A stretch of DNA of 64,000 nt from an uncultured Verrucomicrobiae bacterium (GCA_963756875.1 CAVWPA010000003.1:1120001-1184000), one strand, 5' to 3'; positions 38,957 through 48,984 are shown, counted from the first letter of the stretch. The notes: generated by a model not told the origin, from the letters alone. A program made the numbers and translations.

Positions 38957-39430
38957 GTGACGGACGATCAGTCGAAATCGTTACAAGAGCGATACGCACC
39001 GGCAAATGCCTGCTGGGGCTGCGGGCCCGCAAATACAGAAGGATTGCGTATTCGCAGTTTTCCGCATGGCGACGAAGTCGTAGCGGAATGGAAGCCGCAG
39101 CCAAAATACGAAGCATTTCCCGGGGTCCTCAACGGCGGCATCATTGGCACTTTGCTCGATTGCCATTGTAACTGGGCGGCTGCCTATCACTTGATGAAAC
39201 ATGCGGGCGCAGATCATCCGCCATGCACGGTCACAGCCGAATACTCGATCAAATTGCTGCGGCCGACGCCGACGGACGGTCCGGTCTCGCTTTCCGCGAG
39301 GATTGTCGATCTCAATGGCGATCGCGCGACGGTTGAAGGAACCCTGAGCGCCGGAGGAAAAGTTTGCGCGACCTGTCGAGGCGTCTTTGTTGCTGTACGG
39401 GAAGGCCATCCCGCATATCATCGCTGGTAA
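38957..39430 (+). CDS. PaaI/hotdog-fold thioesterase
   Basis: CWGCG, PGVLNGGIIGTLLD. Confidence 0.85.
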   Translation: MTDDQSKSLQERYAPANACWGCGPANTEGLRIRSFPHGDEVVAEWKPQPKYEAFPGVLNGGIIGTLLDCHCNWAAAYHLMKHAGADHPPCTVTAEYSIKLLRPTPTDGPVSLSARIVDLNGDRATVEGTLSAGGKVCATCRGVFVAVREGHPAYHRW

Positions 39431-39431
39431 A

Positions 39432-39504
39432 CTGTAGCGGCGGTCTACGACCGTCACATTTTGTCCCAGAAACAGTATGCGACGCTCACAGAGCGCCGCT
39501 ACAG
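39432..39504. repeat. GTAG-type REP doublet
   Basis: CTGTAGCGGCGGTCTACGACCGTC...GACGCTCACAGAGCGCCGCTACAG. Confidence 0.8.
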
Positions 39505-39574
39505 AAGACCAAGGGAATTCCCTGCCTGAATTTCGTCGATGCGCGAGTCGACGGGGCGCGTTTAGGGTTCAATC

Positions 39575-40042
39575 ATGAAAACTTTAAGCTTTCGGATTGT
39601 TCCTCTGCTCAGCGAGGTCGCAGAAGCGGCGCGACGGTTGGCCGCGAACGGTGCGCCGGACCACGCCATTGTCGTTGCGGATTCGCCGCGCAGTTATCCC
39701 TGCCGCCATTGTTTGCGTTTCGCTCAGCCCGGCGAACGGATGATCCTTTTTCCGTACCCGTCGATTCCGGCAGGCCATCCTTATTCGGAAAGCGGACCGG
39801 TCTTCGTGCACGCGGAACCGTGCGAGCGTTATACGACGACGCGAGAATATCCGGCCGACTTTCGAAACGGCCGTGTGATGCGAGCCTACAACTCGAGCTT
39901 CGACATGGTCGATGCGGAAGTCGCGAACGGGAGCGAGCCGGAAGCCGTTGTTGAAAAGCTCTTCCAAAACCCGGAGACTGCCTTCGTGGATGCGCGCAGC
40001 GTGACTCGCGGCTGCTACACATTTCGAATCGAGCGTTTATGA
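39575..40042 (+). CDS. DUF1203-like protein
   Basis: PCRHCL, PYSESGPVFVH, MRAY, GCY. Confidence 0.8.
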   Translation: MKTLSFRIVPLLSEVAEAARRLAANGAPDHAIVVADSPRSYPCRHCLRFAQPGERMILFPYPSIPAGHPYSESGPVFVHAEPCERYTTTREYPADFRNGRVMRAYNSSFDMVDAEVANGSEPEAVVEKLFQNPETAFVDARSVTRGCYTFRIERL

Positions 40043-41103
40043 AAACCCCGGAACTTCTTCCTCCGTTCGAAACGATGTATCGCGCGCTGGTCAACCGCGA
40101 CCCAGGTTTTGAAGGTATCTTTTTTGTCGGCGTCCGCACGACCGGGATTTTTTGCAGGCCAACTTGCCCGGCAAAAAAACCGGCCCGCGAGAATGTCGAT
40201 TTCTTCGCGACACCCGGCGAAGCGCTGCATGGCGGCTACCGACCCTGTTTGCGCTGCCATCCGATGGACCCGGCGCAACGTCCTCCCAAATTGGTTGAGC
40301 GATTGCAGGCTGAAGTAGAGCGAGCCCCCGGCGGGCGACTTACGGACAAGGAATTGGCCGCGCTGGCCATCGACCCTTCGACGGCGCGCCGCCAGTTCAA
40401 GCGTCATTTCGGAATGACGTTTCAGGCTTATCATCGGGCGCGTCGGATGGGCCTGGCCTTGCGCCAGGTGCAACGCGGCGGCCGCGTGGAAGAGGCCCGG
40501 AATGGAAGCGGCTTCGAATCGGAAAGCGGTTTCCGCGAGGCTTTCACGCGCGTTTTCGGTGATTCACCTTCCGCGGCGAAGGATCGATCCTGTTTATTCG
40601 CGCAACGCATTGAAACCCCGCTCGGCACGATGCTTGCGGTGGCCGATGACGAAGGATTGCGCTTGCTCGAGTTCGGCGACCGTCGCGCGCTGGAGCGCGA
40701 GGTGCCGATCTTGCGGCGGCGTGTGCGCACGAATGTTGTGCCGGGCGAGCACCCGCATTTAACGAAGATTCGAAAACAGTTAGGCGAATATTTCGCCGGG
40801 AAGCGAATGGAATTTGATGTTCCACTCGCCCCGGTTGGCTCCGATTTTCAACTTCGTACCTGGAAACTGCTGCAAAGAATTCCGCCCGCTGAAACGCGCT
40901 CGTATGGCTGGATGGCGGAACGGTTAGGCGCAGCGGGCGCCCAGCGCGCGGTCGGCCGGGCCAACGGCACGAACATGATTGCCATTGTCATTCCATGTCA
41001 CCGCGTGATTCGCGCGGATGGCACCTTGTGCGGTTACGGCGGCGGCCTCTGGCGCAAGAAATGGCTGCTCGATCACGAACGAAAAGTGATGAGTGACAGG
41101 TGA
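40039..41103 (+). CDS. ada: Ada: bifunctional transcriptional activator / O6-methylguanine-DNA methyltransferase
   Basis: TTGIFCRPTC, RPCLRC, AraC-type HTH, IPCHRV. Confidence 0.95.
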   Translation: MKTPELLPPFETMYRALVNRDPGFEGIFFVGVRTTGIFCRPTCPAKKPARENVDFFATPGEALHGGYRPCLRCHPMDPAQRPPKLVERLQAEVERAPGGRLTDKELAALAIDPSTARRQFKRHFGMTFQAYHRARRMGLALRQVQRGGRVEEARNGSGFESESGFREAFTRVFGDSPSAAKDRSCLFAQRIETPLGTMLAVADDEGLRLLEFGDRRALEREVPILRRRVRTNVVPGEHPHLTKIRKQLGEYFAGKRMEFDVPLAPVGSDFQLRTWKLLQRIPPAETRSYGWMAERLGAAGAQRAVGRANGTNMIAIVIPCHRVIRADGTLCGYGGGLWRKKWLLDHERKVMSDR

Positions 41104-41171
41104 TAAGTGACGAGCGAATCAGGGCGGATACGATCTCGTCACATGTCACGCATCACTCGTCACTATCTTTG

Positions 41172-41245
41172 CGCGCCCGGGGTGACTCGAACACCCGACC
41201 TACGGATTAGAAATCCGTTGCTCTATCCGGCTGAGCTACGGGCGC
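41172..41245 (-). tRNA. tRNA-Arg(UCU), CCA not encoded
   Basis: Cloverleaf: acceptor GCGCCCG/CGGGCGC, D arm GCTC..GAGC, anticodon arm ACGGA-TTTCTAA-TCCGT, T arm GGGTG-TTCGAGT-CACCC. Confidence 0.95.
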
Positions 41246-41399
41246 AAAATGAATCTGGAATATGTCGCCGGGGGGACGGAAAAATCCAGGACGAATACGG
41301 GGCAAACAAGTTAAAAGGTTTAAAAAACGTTACAAAGCTAAAATGGGTCGCTGACTTACCATTGTAACTCTTTTAACGATGTAACTACAGTGTTACTCC

Positions 41400-41747
41400 G
41401 TGAACGCGCTCTTCGTCATCAACCCATACAAGCACGAAGGGATGTGGGTTTTCGACGATCCGGCTGTCGGTCTCGAGCGCGAGCCATTCATCGCCGGGAT
41501 CGACACGATGATCGACAGAGTCGTTGCCGATATCCCGGATGCGGACCGCGGATTTCGGGCAATTTTCAGCGCGACGCCGTTTCCGGGTGCGAACTTCGAG
41601 CTGGAATGGCGCCGGGAAGAAGCGGGCGGAAACTGGTACTACAGCGGCCAATTCAAAATGGAGGGTTGGCTTTGCCCGGCCCTGTTCAGGTATTTTGAAA
41701 GCGCGCCTCGCGAGATCTACGTCAAAGCGGAACAGTTAAAACGCTGA
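41400..41747 (+). CDS. DUF6717-like protein
   Basis: PYK...WVFDD...EPF, GGNWY, GWLCPAL. Confidence 0.8.
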   Translation: MNALFVINPYKHEGMWVFDDPAVGLEREPFIAGIDTMIDRVVADIPDADRGFRAIFSATPFPGANFELEWRREEAGGNWYYSGQFKMEGWLCPALFRYFESAPREIYVKAEQLKR

Positions 41748-41781
41748 CGATAGCGATTCTGAGAGAGAGTCGCGTGGAGCT

Positions 41782-42006
41782 TTACTCGTTGATCCGGTGC
41801 TTTAGCTCCCAAACTCGAAGGGCAGCGAGGAGAAGTGCTTTGGTGCGGGTGAGGGTGCCGGCTGCGGCGTATTCGCGTCCTCCATTGGCGGCGGTAGTTG
41901 AGGCGGAATGTTTGTGTGGGCGACCGCGTTTTTGGGTTTTAGCTCTGCGGCCGCGTCTGGGAGCGGTATGAGTGGCGGATAAGTTCGGACTGCTCATAAT
42001 TTCCAT
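41782..42006 (-). CDS. Possible small basic protein
   Basis: Only ORF in the gap; contains a KRGRP AT-hook-like stretch. Confidence 0.3.
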   Translation of the reverse strand: MEIMSSPNLSATHTAPRRGRRAKTQKRGRPHKHSASTTAANGGREYAAAGTLTRTKALLLAALRVWELKHRINE

Positions 42007-42237
42007 TAGATTCTATAAATATAACATTTAGCAGCTTCCGCGCCAGCGGCTTTTTCTCTATGGAAAACCCCCTTCATCCCCCCTTTTAACTACGTTCAAA
42101 TGCCATGGTTTCGGCAGTTGTGGCAATTTCTACAGATATTGCAGAAATTGTAATGCTGCCCCCGGCATTCGCCGCCCTTTTGTTACCTCGTGAAAACCGC
42201 TTGTGTGCCCGCTGGTTCTCCTCCACTTTTCAGCTTC

Positions 42238-43245
42238 ATGGCGGACCGCAAGCTCGGGTGTCTCACTATCTTTTTGTTCATCGCGCTTTGTGCCAGCGTC
42301 TTCATCAATTTCGTCCTGGCCATAGTCGCCTTTCGCGGTTTGGGCGGGATTGGCGGAGAGGAAGAAAAACCTCCGCGCTTCCGGGAAGTGATCGTGCAGC
42401 GTGGTGCGCGCGGGAATTCCGATCGTATCGCTGTGATCGCCCTTCGGGGTCTGATTAGCTCGAATATCCCCGGAGTTGCCAGCGACTCGATGGTTGATGA
42501 CATGCGCACCGCTCTGGCGCAGGCCCGCAATGATCGCCACGTCAAAGCCGTCGTGTTGGAGATCGATTCGCCGGGAGGCGAGGTTACGGCCTCCGATGAA
42601 ATCTACAATGCTGTGGTTAAAACGCGGGCCAAAAAACCGGTGGTCGTTTACATGGATTCGCTGGCCGCCTCCGGGGCTTACTACATTTCATGCGGCGGAA
42701 AATACCTGATCGCAAACGAGACGAGCATTACCGGCAGCATTGGAGTCATTATCCAAACGCTCAATTACCAGCGCTTGTTCGATAAAATCGGGCTGGCGTC
42801 GGTGGTCTTCAAAAGTGGCAAATTCAAGGACATCCTGAATGGGGCGCGCCCGATGACCCCGGAGGAACGCGACCTGATTCAGAGTTTCGTCATGCAGACG
42901 TACGACAAATTTCTAGGCATCGTAGCCAAGGAGCGCGGTCTGTCGGCGGACACTCTGCGCAATACCATCGCGGACGGTCGCATTCTTTCGGGCAAAGACG
43001 CGCTCAGCAACAAGCTGATTGATGGATTGGGCGAGATCGACGACGCGTATGATAAGGCGAAGGAGCTTGGCCATGCTCCCGGAGCGACCGTCATCCGGTA
43101 CGGTTCGCCCTTTAGCCTGAGCCATTTCTTTCGCCTTTTCGGGCAGACGCAGGACTCAAGGATTCGACTCGAACTTCCGGAGCAGCTGGTCCCGCATCTC
43201 GAGAGCGGTCGCGCCTATTATTTGCCGAGCTCATACGCTCCATAG
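42238..43245 (+). CDS. sppA: Signal peptide peptidase SppA (S49, 36K type)
   Basis: IDSPGG, AASGAYYI, TGSIGV, KSGKFKD. Confidence 0.93.
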   Translation: MADRKLGCLTIFLFIALCASVFINFVLAIVAFRGLGGIGGEEEKPPRFREVIVQRGARGNSDRIAVIALRGLISSNIPGVASDSMVDDMRTALAQARNDRHVKAVVLEIDSPGGEVTASDEIYNAVVKTRAKKPVVVYMDSLAASGAYYISCGGKYLIANETSITGSIGVIIQTLNYQRLFDKIGLASVVFKSGKFKDILNGARPMTPEERDLIQSFVMQTYDKFLGIVAKERGLSADTLRNTIADGRILSGKDALSNKLIDGLGEIDDAYDKAKELGHAPGATVIRYGSPFSLSHFFRLFGQTQDSRIRLELPEQLVPHLESGRAYYLPSSYAP

Positions 43246-44082
43246 ATGGGCGAACGCGGAATGTTTGCTTTAACAAGCGCATTCGGAAACATCCTCGGTA
43301 CGCTGATTCTTCTCGTCAGCGTCTACATTTATATCCTGTTAGCCCGCCAGATTAGCGCGCGGCGATCGGCTGCGGCTACGGTGGAAGCCGCTGGCGGAAC
43401 AAGGACCTTTGGTCTACCCGAAGCATTTCTCGCCTTCGTGCTGACCTGTTTTCTTCTGATTAACGTCGCCGCTTCCCTGTCACGAACAAGTCCGGTCCAG
43501 CTGAGCGACCGCGATCTTATCGCAAATTTGCTCTTTACCGTTCTGATTGTGCTTTTTGTCGCGAGTTTTTTGAAATGGCGCGGACTCGATCTCAACTCGT
43601 TAGGTGGTTTTTCCAGAATGAGCTTGCTCCGGGCGATATTGACCGGCGCCATCCTTCTGGTTGCAGCCTGGCCGTTGCTTGTCGTAGGCGAGGCAATTGG
43701 AAATCAAATTTTCGGCGGCGGCTCGGGTAAGCAGGGGATTGTCGATCTTTTCACTCAATCGCAGACCCTCAGGCAACGCGTCATGATCATTGTTCTGGCG
43801 GTGGCGGTTGCGCCCGTTTGCGAGGAATTCATTTTTCGTTTTTTCCTGTATGGGACCTTCAAACGCTACCTTGGTCCTGCCATTGGGCTTTTCCTGAACG
43901 CGCTGCTTTTTGCCGCCGCCCACGCTCATTGGCCCTCGTTCATTCCGCTTTTGATTCTGGGCATCTGTTTCACCCTTGCCTATGAATGGAGCGGATCGAT
44001 CCTCGTCTCCATGACGATGCACTCCCTTTTTAATTCGCTCACACTGACGTTCCTCGCGTTCCCGGGACTTTCTCAACAATGA
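43246..44082 (+). CDS. CPBP/CAAX intramembrane metalloprotease
   Basis: APVCEEFIFR, FAAAH, MHSLFN. Confidence 0.88.
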   Translation: MGERGMFALTSAFGNILGTLILLVSVYIYILLARQISARRSAAATVEAAGGTRTFGLPEAFLAFVLTCFLLINVAASLSRTSPVQLSDRDLIANLLFTVLIVLFVASFLKWRGLDLNSLGGFSRMSLLRAILTGAILLVAAWPLLVVGEAIGNQIFGGGSGKQGIVDLFTQSQTLRQRVMIIVLAVAVAPVCEEFIFRFFLYGTFKRYLGPAIGLFLNALLFAAAHAHWPSFIPLLILGICFTLAYEWSGSILVSMTMHSLFNSLTLTFLAFPGLSQQ

Positions 44083-44969
44083 AACTGCGCGAGCTCGGGG
44101 AGGACCGTCTCCTCGCGCAATTACTTCCGTCGTTCTCCACCGGCCGTGGCGTGATCTGCGCAGCCGGCGACGACTGTGCCGTCGTCAAACCGCCAGGCAA
44201 TCGGGAGCTTCTTCTGCTGAAAACCGACTGCGTGGTGGAGAAGATTCATTTCCCGCCAGGGACCGACCCGGTTTTGATCGGGTGGAAGGCGATGATGCGG
44301 CCGTTGAGCGATTTCGCGGCCATGTCCGGGCGGCCCCGGTATGCATTGGTGACGCTCATTGTTCCGGCGGGACGCAGCAACGATTGGGTAGCGACGCTGT
44401 ATCGCGGCCTGCGGCGGGCAGCAGCGAGCTTTGATGTCAGCATCGTCGGTGGCGAAACAAGCAATACGCGTGGACCTGCGGCGATTTCGGTGAGCGTTGC
44501 CGGCTTTGCCGAAAAAAGGCGCTGGGTTTCTCGAAGCGGCGGCAAGGCTGGCGACCACCTTTTCGTTACCGGCCGACTCGGCGGCGCGTTACGCGGCAAA
44601 CATTTGCGGTTCGTTCCGCGGATCGAAGAATCGCGCTGGCTGACAAAGAACTTTCGAATTCACGCCATGATCGATTTGAGTGACGGGCTTGGGGCCGATC
44701 TGCCGCGGCTTGCCCGCTCGAGCAAGCTTGGATTTAAGATCGATGTCGAGCGCCTGCCTCTTGCTCGCGACGTCAAGATCGATAACGCCATTTCCGATGG
44801 CGAGGATTACGAACTTCTCTTCGCAATTTCAGCGCGCAAGAGCAAAGGGCTGGAACGAAGGTGGAAAAGAAAATTTCCCAAAGTTGCGCTCACCAGGATC
44901 GGCAAGTTTTATCAACCATCAACTATCAACTCTCAACTTCTGCAGGGTGGCTACGTTCACTTCAAATAG
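44079..44969 (+). CDS. thiL: Thiamine-phosphate kinase
   Basis: GDDCA, LSDFAAM, GGET, IDLSDGL, GEDYELL. Confidence 0.93.
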   Translation: MKLRELGEDRLLAQLLPSFSTGRGVICAAGDDCAVVKPPGNRELLLLKTDCVVEKIHFPPGTDPVLIGWKAMMRPLSDFAAMSGRPRYALVTLIVPAGRSNDWVATLYRGLRRAAASFDVSIVGGETSNTRGPAAISVSVAGFAEKRRWVSRSGGKAGDHLFVTGRLGGALRGKHLRFVPRIEESRWLTKNFRIHAMIDLSDGLGADLPRLARSSKLGFKIDVERLPLARDVKIDNAISDGEDYELLFAISARKSKGLERRWKRKFPKVALTRIGKFYQPSTINSQLLQGGYVHFK

Positions 44970-45375
44970 CCCGGCAGAAACGGAAGAGTTTGGCCGGCGA
45001 TTCGCGCAAGAAATCAAGGCGGGCGCCGTTCTGGCTCTCCAGGGCGAACTCGGCAGCGGCAAAACAGAGTTTGTCAAAGGCGTTGCGGCAGGGCTCGGTA
45101 GCAGACAGGTCCCAACAAGCCCAACATTCACGCTTATCCATGAATATCCGGGAGGGCGCCTGCCGCTTTATCATTTCGATTTTTTCAGGATTGAAAACCG
45201 GGAATCGGCGGTGCGTCTTGGGCTGGACGACTATCTGTTCGGCAACGGCGTCTCCATAATTGAATGGGCCGATCGATTCCCCGAGTTGATTCCGGAGAAT
45301 GCCCGCTGGATTTCGTTCGAAACGAAATCTGAAAACGAACGCGCGATTACATTGATCGACACCCAATGCGAATGA
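44947..45375 (+). CDS. tsaE: tRNA t6A ATPase TsaE
   Basis: GELGSGKT, SPTFTLIHEY, HFDFFR, IEWA; GTG start. Confidence 0.93.
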   Translation: MATFTSNSPAETEEFGRRFAQEIKAGAVLALQGELGSGKTEFVKGVAAGLGSRQVPTSPTFTLIHEYPGGRLPLYHFDFFRIENRESAVRLGLDDYLFGNGVSIIEWADRFPELIPENARWISFETKSENERAITLIDTQCE

Positions 45376-45983
45376 AGGTTTTGGCACTCGAACTCTCCTC
45401 AGCCCGCGGAAGCGTGGCCTGGTTGGACGGTAATACCGAATTGTTTCGGGAATGGCCGAATGATCGCAAAAACTCCGGGCCATTTTTTGAGAATCTTGCG
45501 GATATCCAAAAGCAGCTGGGCGGCCCGGATACGATTGTCGTGGGGCTTGGTCCCGGATCGTATGCCGGAGTTCGAATTGCGATTTCGGCGGCAGTCGGGT
45601 TGCAAGCCGCTACGAATGCCCGCCTGGCCGGACTCCCATCGATCTGCGCGATCGAATCCGATTCGCACGAATACCATGTGATCGGCGACGCGCGCCGAAA
45701 TTCGTTTTTCCTTGCTGGTGTTCGTGCGAACGAAGTGGTTGAAGGGCCGGATTTGTTTGCCGAAAACGAATTGCGCACCAAACTGAACGAGCTAAACTTG
45801 CCGATCTTTGCTTCGGAAATTCTTCCGCAATTCGAACGAGTAATTGTTCGTTATCCTTCGGCAAGAGTGCTGGCGCGACTGGCGCAGGATTCAAACTGCA
45901 AATTTGCACTTCCACCGCTTGAGCCGATTTATTTGCGCGAACCGCACATTACATTGCCGAAAGATCAGAGGACCGCTTCATGA
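45372..45983 (+). CDS. tsaB: tRNA t6A protein TsaB
   Basis: LALELS, GPGSYAGVRI, DARR, PIYLR. Confidence 0.9.
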   Translation: MKVLALELSSARGSVAWLDGNTELFREWPNDRKNSGPFFENLADIQKQLGGPDTIVVGLGPGSYAGVRIAISAAVGLQAATNARLAGLPSICAIESDSHEYHVIGDARRNSFFLAGVRANEVVEGPDLFAENELRTKLNELNLPIFASEILPQFERVIVRYPSARVLARLAQDSNCKFALPPLEPIYLREPHITLPKDQRTAS

Positions 45984-47080
45984 CCGGGAAGACGTATCGA
46001 TGCTGGGTTGAGATCGATCGCAGCGCGTTGTGTCACAACGCGAAAATGGTGCGCGAACAGATCGGGACGGCGGAACTTCTGGCCGTGGTCAAAGCGAACG
46101 CTTACGGACATGGCATGGTCGGCGTTTCGGAAGCGCTCGCAAATGAAGCGCAGTTGTTCGGTGTGGCGAATTTGGAGGAAGCGCAGGAGCTGCGGAAAGC
46201 GGTGCCGCATCCCATCATTATTCTTGGCCCGGCCATTCCGGGGGAGAGATCGGCAATCGCCGGGCATCATTTTATTCCCACGATCTCTACTTTCGAGGAA
46301 GCGCAGGAATTCAGTCGTGTCTCAGCGGGCTCGACGCTCTCGATCAATTTCAAGATCGACACGGGAATGGGACGCATGGGAGTGCCGGAAGATGGCGCTC
46401 TGGCTGCGTTCAAAAAGGTCTTGGCGTTGCCGCGGATTAAAATTCACAGCGTTTCAACGCATTTGCCGGTCTCGAACGAGGACGCGGAATTCACGCGCGA
46501 CGAGCTTCAGCGATTCGGGAAAATTGTCAGACAATTGCGCATCGAATCTCCGGGCGATTACAAGGCACATGTTTTGCAAAGCGCAGGCACGCTGGCTTTC
46601 AATGATCCGACATTCGACATCGTGCGCGCCGGAATCATGCTGTATGGGATTTCGCCGCTGCCGGAGTTTCAGAAGGTTCTAAAGCCGGTTGCGACGTGGA
46701 AAACCCGGATCGGACTTGTCCGCGACCTGCCCAAGGGGAGTTCGATCAGTTATGGCAGGACATTTATCGCGCCGAAAGCGATGCGGATCGCAACGGTTAC
46801 CGCGGGTTATGCCGACGGTTATCCGCGACATCTTTCCAATCGCGGCGCGGCGATGCTGGTTCGTGGCCGGCGCTGTCCATTGCTCGGTCGTGTCACAATG
46901 GATTTGATGATGATCGATGTTTCGCAAATCGGAGACGTCAATGTGGGCGAAGAGGTAATTTTGATGGGAAGCCAGGGTGAGGAGGAGATTTCGTGCGCGG
47001 AGTTGGCGGAGAAAGCCGACACGATTACCTGGGAAATTACGACACGCATCGGCGCGCGGGTGAAGCGGGTTTATTTTTGA
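45980..47080 (+). CDS. alr: Alanine racemase
   Basis: AVVKANAYGHG, KIDTGMGR, ISYG, GYADG, GRVTMD. Confidence 0.96.
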   Translation: MTGKTYRCWVEIDRSALCHNAKMVREQIGTAELLAVVKANAYGHGMVGVSEALANEAQLFGVANLEEAQELRKAVPHPIIILGPAIPGERSAIAGHHFIPTISTFEEAQEFSRVSAGSTLSINFKIDTGMGRMGVPEDGALAAFKKVLALPRIKIHSVSTHLPVSNEDAEFTRDELQRFGKIVRQLRIESPGDYKAHVLQSAGTLAFNDPTFDIVRAGIMLYGISPLPEFQKVLKPVATWKTRIGLVRDLPKGSSISYGRTFIAPKAMRIATVTAGYADGYPRHLSNRGAAMLVRGRRCPLLGRVTMDLMMIDVSQIGDVNVGEEVILMGSQGEEEISCAELAEKADTITWEITTRIGARVKRVYF

Positions 47081-47176
47081 GAACGTTGACTTGTCAAAAA
47101 TGTTAAAACGAGGAGAGCTCCGGCGCGCGAAGAACGATTTAGCGATGCAACCGTTTTAACGATTTACGCTTCTTCT

Positions 47177-47539
47177 ATGTTCCAGATCATTTTCAATGAA
47201 TTGAGCGCGGCGGAGATGTCGGCGCTGCCGAAAAAGCTGCAGCTCGATTTGCTGGCCGAATTTCAAATTCTGCCTGAAGACCTCGATCACCTTGACGCCA
47301 GACACTTTGGCGTAATCGAGCGCGAGGGAAAAAAGCTTTATCGATATCGGGCAAAAGAGTATCGCATTTATTTTGAAAAGACGCCCGAAGGGATCACAAT
47401 TCACCGGGTTCTTCACAAGAACACGTTTCGCGATTTTCTGTTCCGCAGTCGACTGCCGGTGGCGGAAGACCAGCAACTCGGCAAAACGCGTGAGTTTTGG
47501 AAATTGATCGAGCAAGGCGAGAAAACAAGGAAGGCGTAG
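47177..47539 (+). CDS. RelE/ParE-like fold protein
   Basis: LYRYRAKEYRIYF...HRVLHK. Confidence 0.65.
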   Translation: MFQIIFNELSAAEMSALPKKLQLDLLAEFQILPEDLDHLDARHFGVIEREGKKLYRYRAKEYRIYFEKTPEGITIHRVLHKNTFRDFLFRSRLPVAEDQQLGKTREFWKLIEQGEKTRKA

Positions 47540-47562
47540 AAGAAAGAAGAAAACCGCGAACG

Positions 47563-47742
47563 GTCCGAGCCGGACTGGCATCGAACGCCGAACGCCGAAT
47601 TCGTAAAGCAGGCAATTGTAGGGCGTTTTTGTGAACCCCGAAAGCCTTCGGGGCTGACACAGACGCCCTACAAAATAAACGGGATGGAATCGGTGGCATG
47701 CGCTTGTGGCGCACGGATCATCGGCAGGATGCCGATGCCACG
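47563..47742. repeat. Patchwork of repeats between convergent genes
   Basis: 17-mer GTCCGAGCCGGACTGGC, GAACGCC tandem, GTAG REP (47616-47673) with nested CCCCGAAAGCCTTCGGGG, and a GTGGCAT...ATGCCAC element. Confidence 0.7.
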
Positions 47743-47743
47743 A

Positions 47744-47983
47744 CTACTTCATCAACAGCACCGACCGGCTGCGCTTGATTTCGCGGGTGATTTTGCGATG
47801 CAGATGCGCAGGCATGCCGGTGACGCGGCGCGGAAGAATCTTGCCACTCTCGGTAACAAACTTCTTTAGAAGATCGGGATTTTTATAGTCGATCGCCTCG
47901 ATGGCGATATCGATCCGGCGCCGTGGCATGGTGCGGTTGGCTCGGCGAAATGCGGAGCGACGTTTGGCGGTTTTAGGTTGCAT
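47744..47983 (-). CDS. rpsR: 30S ribosomal protein S18
   Basis: [20 protein letters not shown]. Confidence 0.96.
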   Translation of the reverse strand: MQPKTAKRRSAFRRANRTMPRRRIDIAIEAIDYKNPDLLKKFVTESGKILPRRVTGMPAHLHRKITREIKRSRSVLLMK

Positions 47984-47989
47984 CGAGAG

Positions 47990-48163
47990 TTACTTGGTTT
48001 CGCGGTGGAGAGTATGCCGGCGAAGAAACGGATTGTATTTTTTCTTTTCCAGCCGGTTGGGTGTGCGTGGGCTCTTTTTGTTGCGCGTAGTCATGTAACG
48101 CGACGTTGGTTTGCCAAGCGCCTTCGCTTCAGTGCATTCCAGTGTGACAATTTCCTGCGCCAT
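47990..48163 (-). CDS. rpmG: 50S ribosomal protein L33 (57 aa, not in the ORF track)
   Basis: Translated by hand: [57 protein letters not shown]. Confidence 0.95.
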   Translation of the reverse strand: MAQEIVTLECTEAKALGKPTSRYMTTRNKKSPRTPNRLEKKKYNPFLRRHTLHRETK

Positions 48164-48168
48164 CTTTG

Positions 48169-48852
48169 CTATTCCTTCGTGTTTTCAGTGGTGGAGGGTT
48201 GTTCCTCTTCGCCTTCCGATTCTCCACCTTCCTCATCGGTCAAACCAAAGAGCGACGTGACCGACTGACGGACGCGGGAAGCTTTGTTTTGTTTTTCGAG
48301 CTGCGATTGGCATTCGACGGTGAATCGCGCGAACGGAATCGCTTCAAGACGCGCGCGAGGAATGTGTTTGCCTGACATCTCGCAGATTCCGTAGGTGCCG
48401 AGATCGATGCGTTTCAGGGCCTGATCGATCTCGTAAAGCGCATCCTGCTCCTGAGAAAGCAGGCTGAGCGCGAAATCGCGATCGTATGCGTCCGAGCCGG
48501 CATCGGCCTGGTGCATACCGAATGCGGAAGCTTCGCTCCCCTCGGCGCGCGAGCGCAATGTGTCCTGCGCCACGCCGGCCATGGAGTCGACCATGGCATC
48601 GCGCAACTGCAATAATTTGTCCCGTTGCTTGCGAACGAATGGATCAAGCCGGCGTACACGGTGGTTATTTCTGCCAGCCAATTTGGTCGCTTTGCCCGCT
48701 TCCTTTTTGGAGTGTTTGACGCCTTTCTTCGAAACGTGGCCGCCCGATTTTTTCGCCGCAGGTTTCCGCGCCGGTTTCGACGCCTTACGGGCGGAGACCT
48801 TCTTCTTGGCAGCCTTTTTCTTGGGAGTCTTCTTTTTCTTTGGGTGGGCCAT
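48169..48852 (-). CDS. dksA: DksA/TraR family regulator with Lys/Ala-rich N-terminus
   Basis: HQADAGSD coiled-coil tip, [21 protein letters not shown]. Confidence 0.88.
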   Translation of the reverse strand: MAHPKKKKTPKKKAAKKKVSARKASKPARKPAAKKSGGHVSKKGVKHSKKEAGKATKLAGRNNHRVRRLDPFVRKQRDKLLQLRDAMVDSMAGVAQDTLRSRAEGSEASAFGMHQADAGSDAYDRDFALSLLSQEQDALYEIDQALKRIDLGTYGICEMSGKHIPRARLEAIPFARFTVECQSQLEKQNKASRVRQSVTSLFGLTDEEGGESEGEEEQPSTTENTKE

Positions 48853-48984
48853 AGTTTTTAAAGTACCTGGTTAGTCAGGGGCCGGGAAAAACGGAGGCTT
48901 AATTAAGAACATTTCGCCCCGTGCGCAAGCGGAGATTTAGCCTTTCACATCGCACGATTCCAGCCGTTGTTTGAGGGGCCGGTT

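Noticed and set aside
41172..42100. tRNA-Arg as a genomic island attachment site
   Set aside because: No integrase and no duplicated tRNA 3' end were seen; the flanking genes are ordinary.
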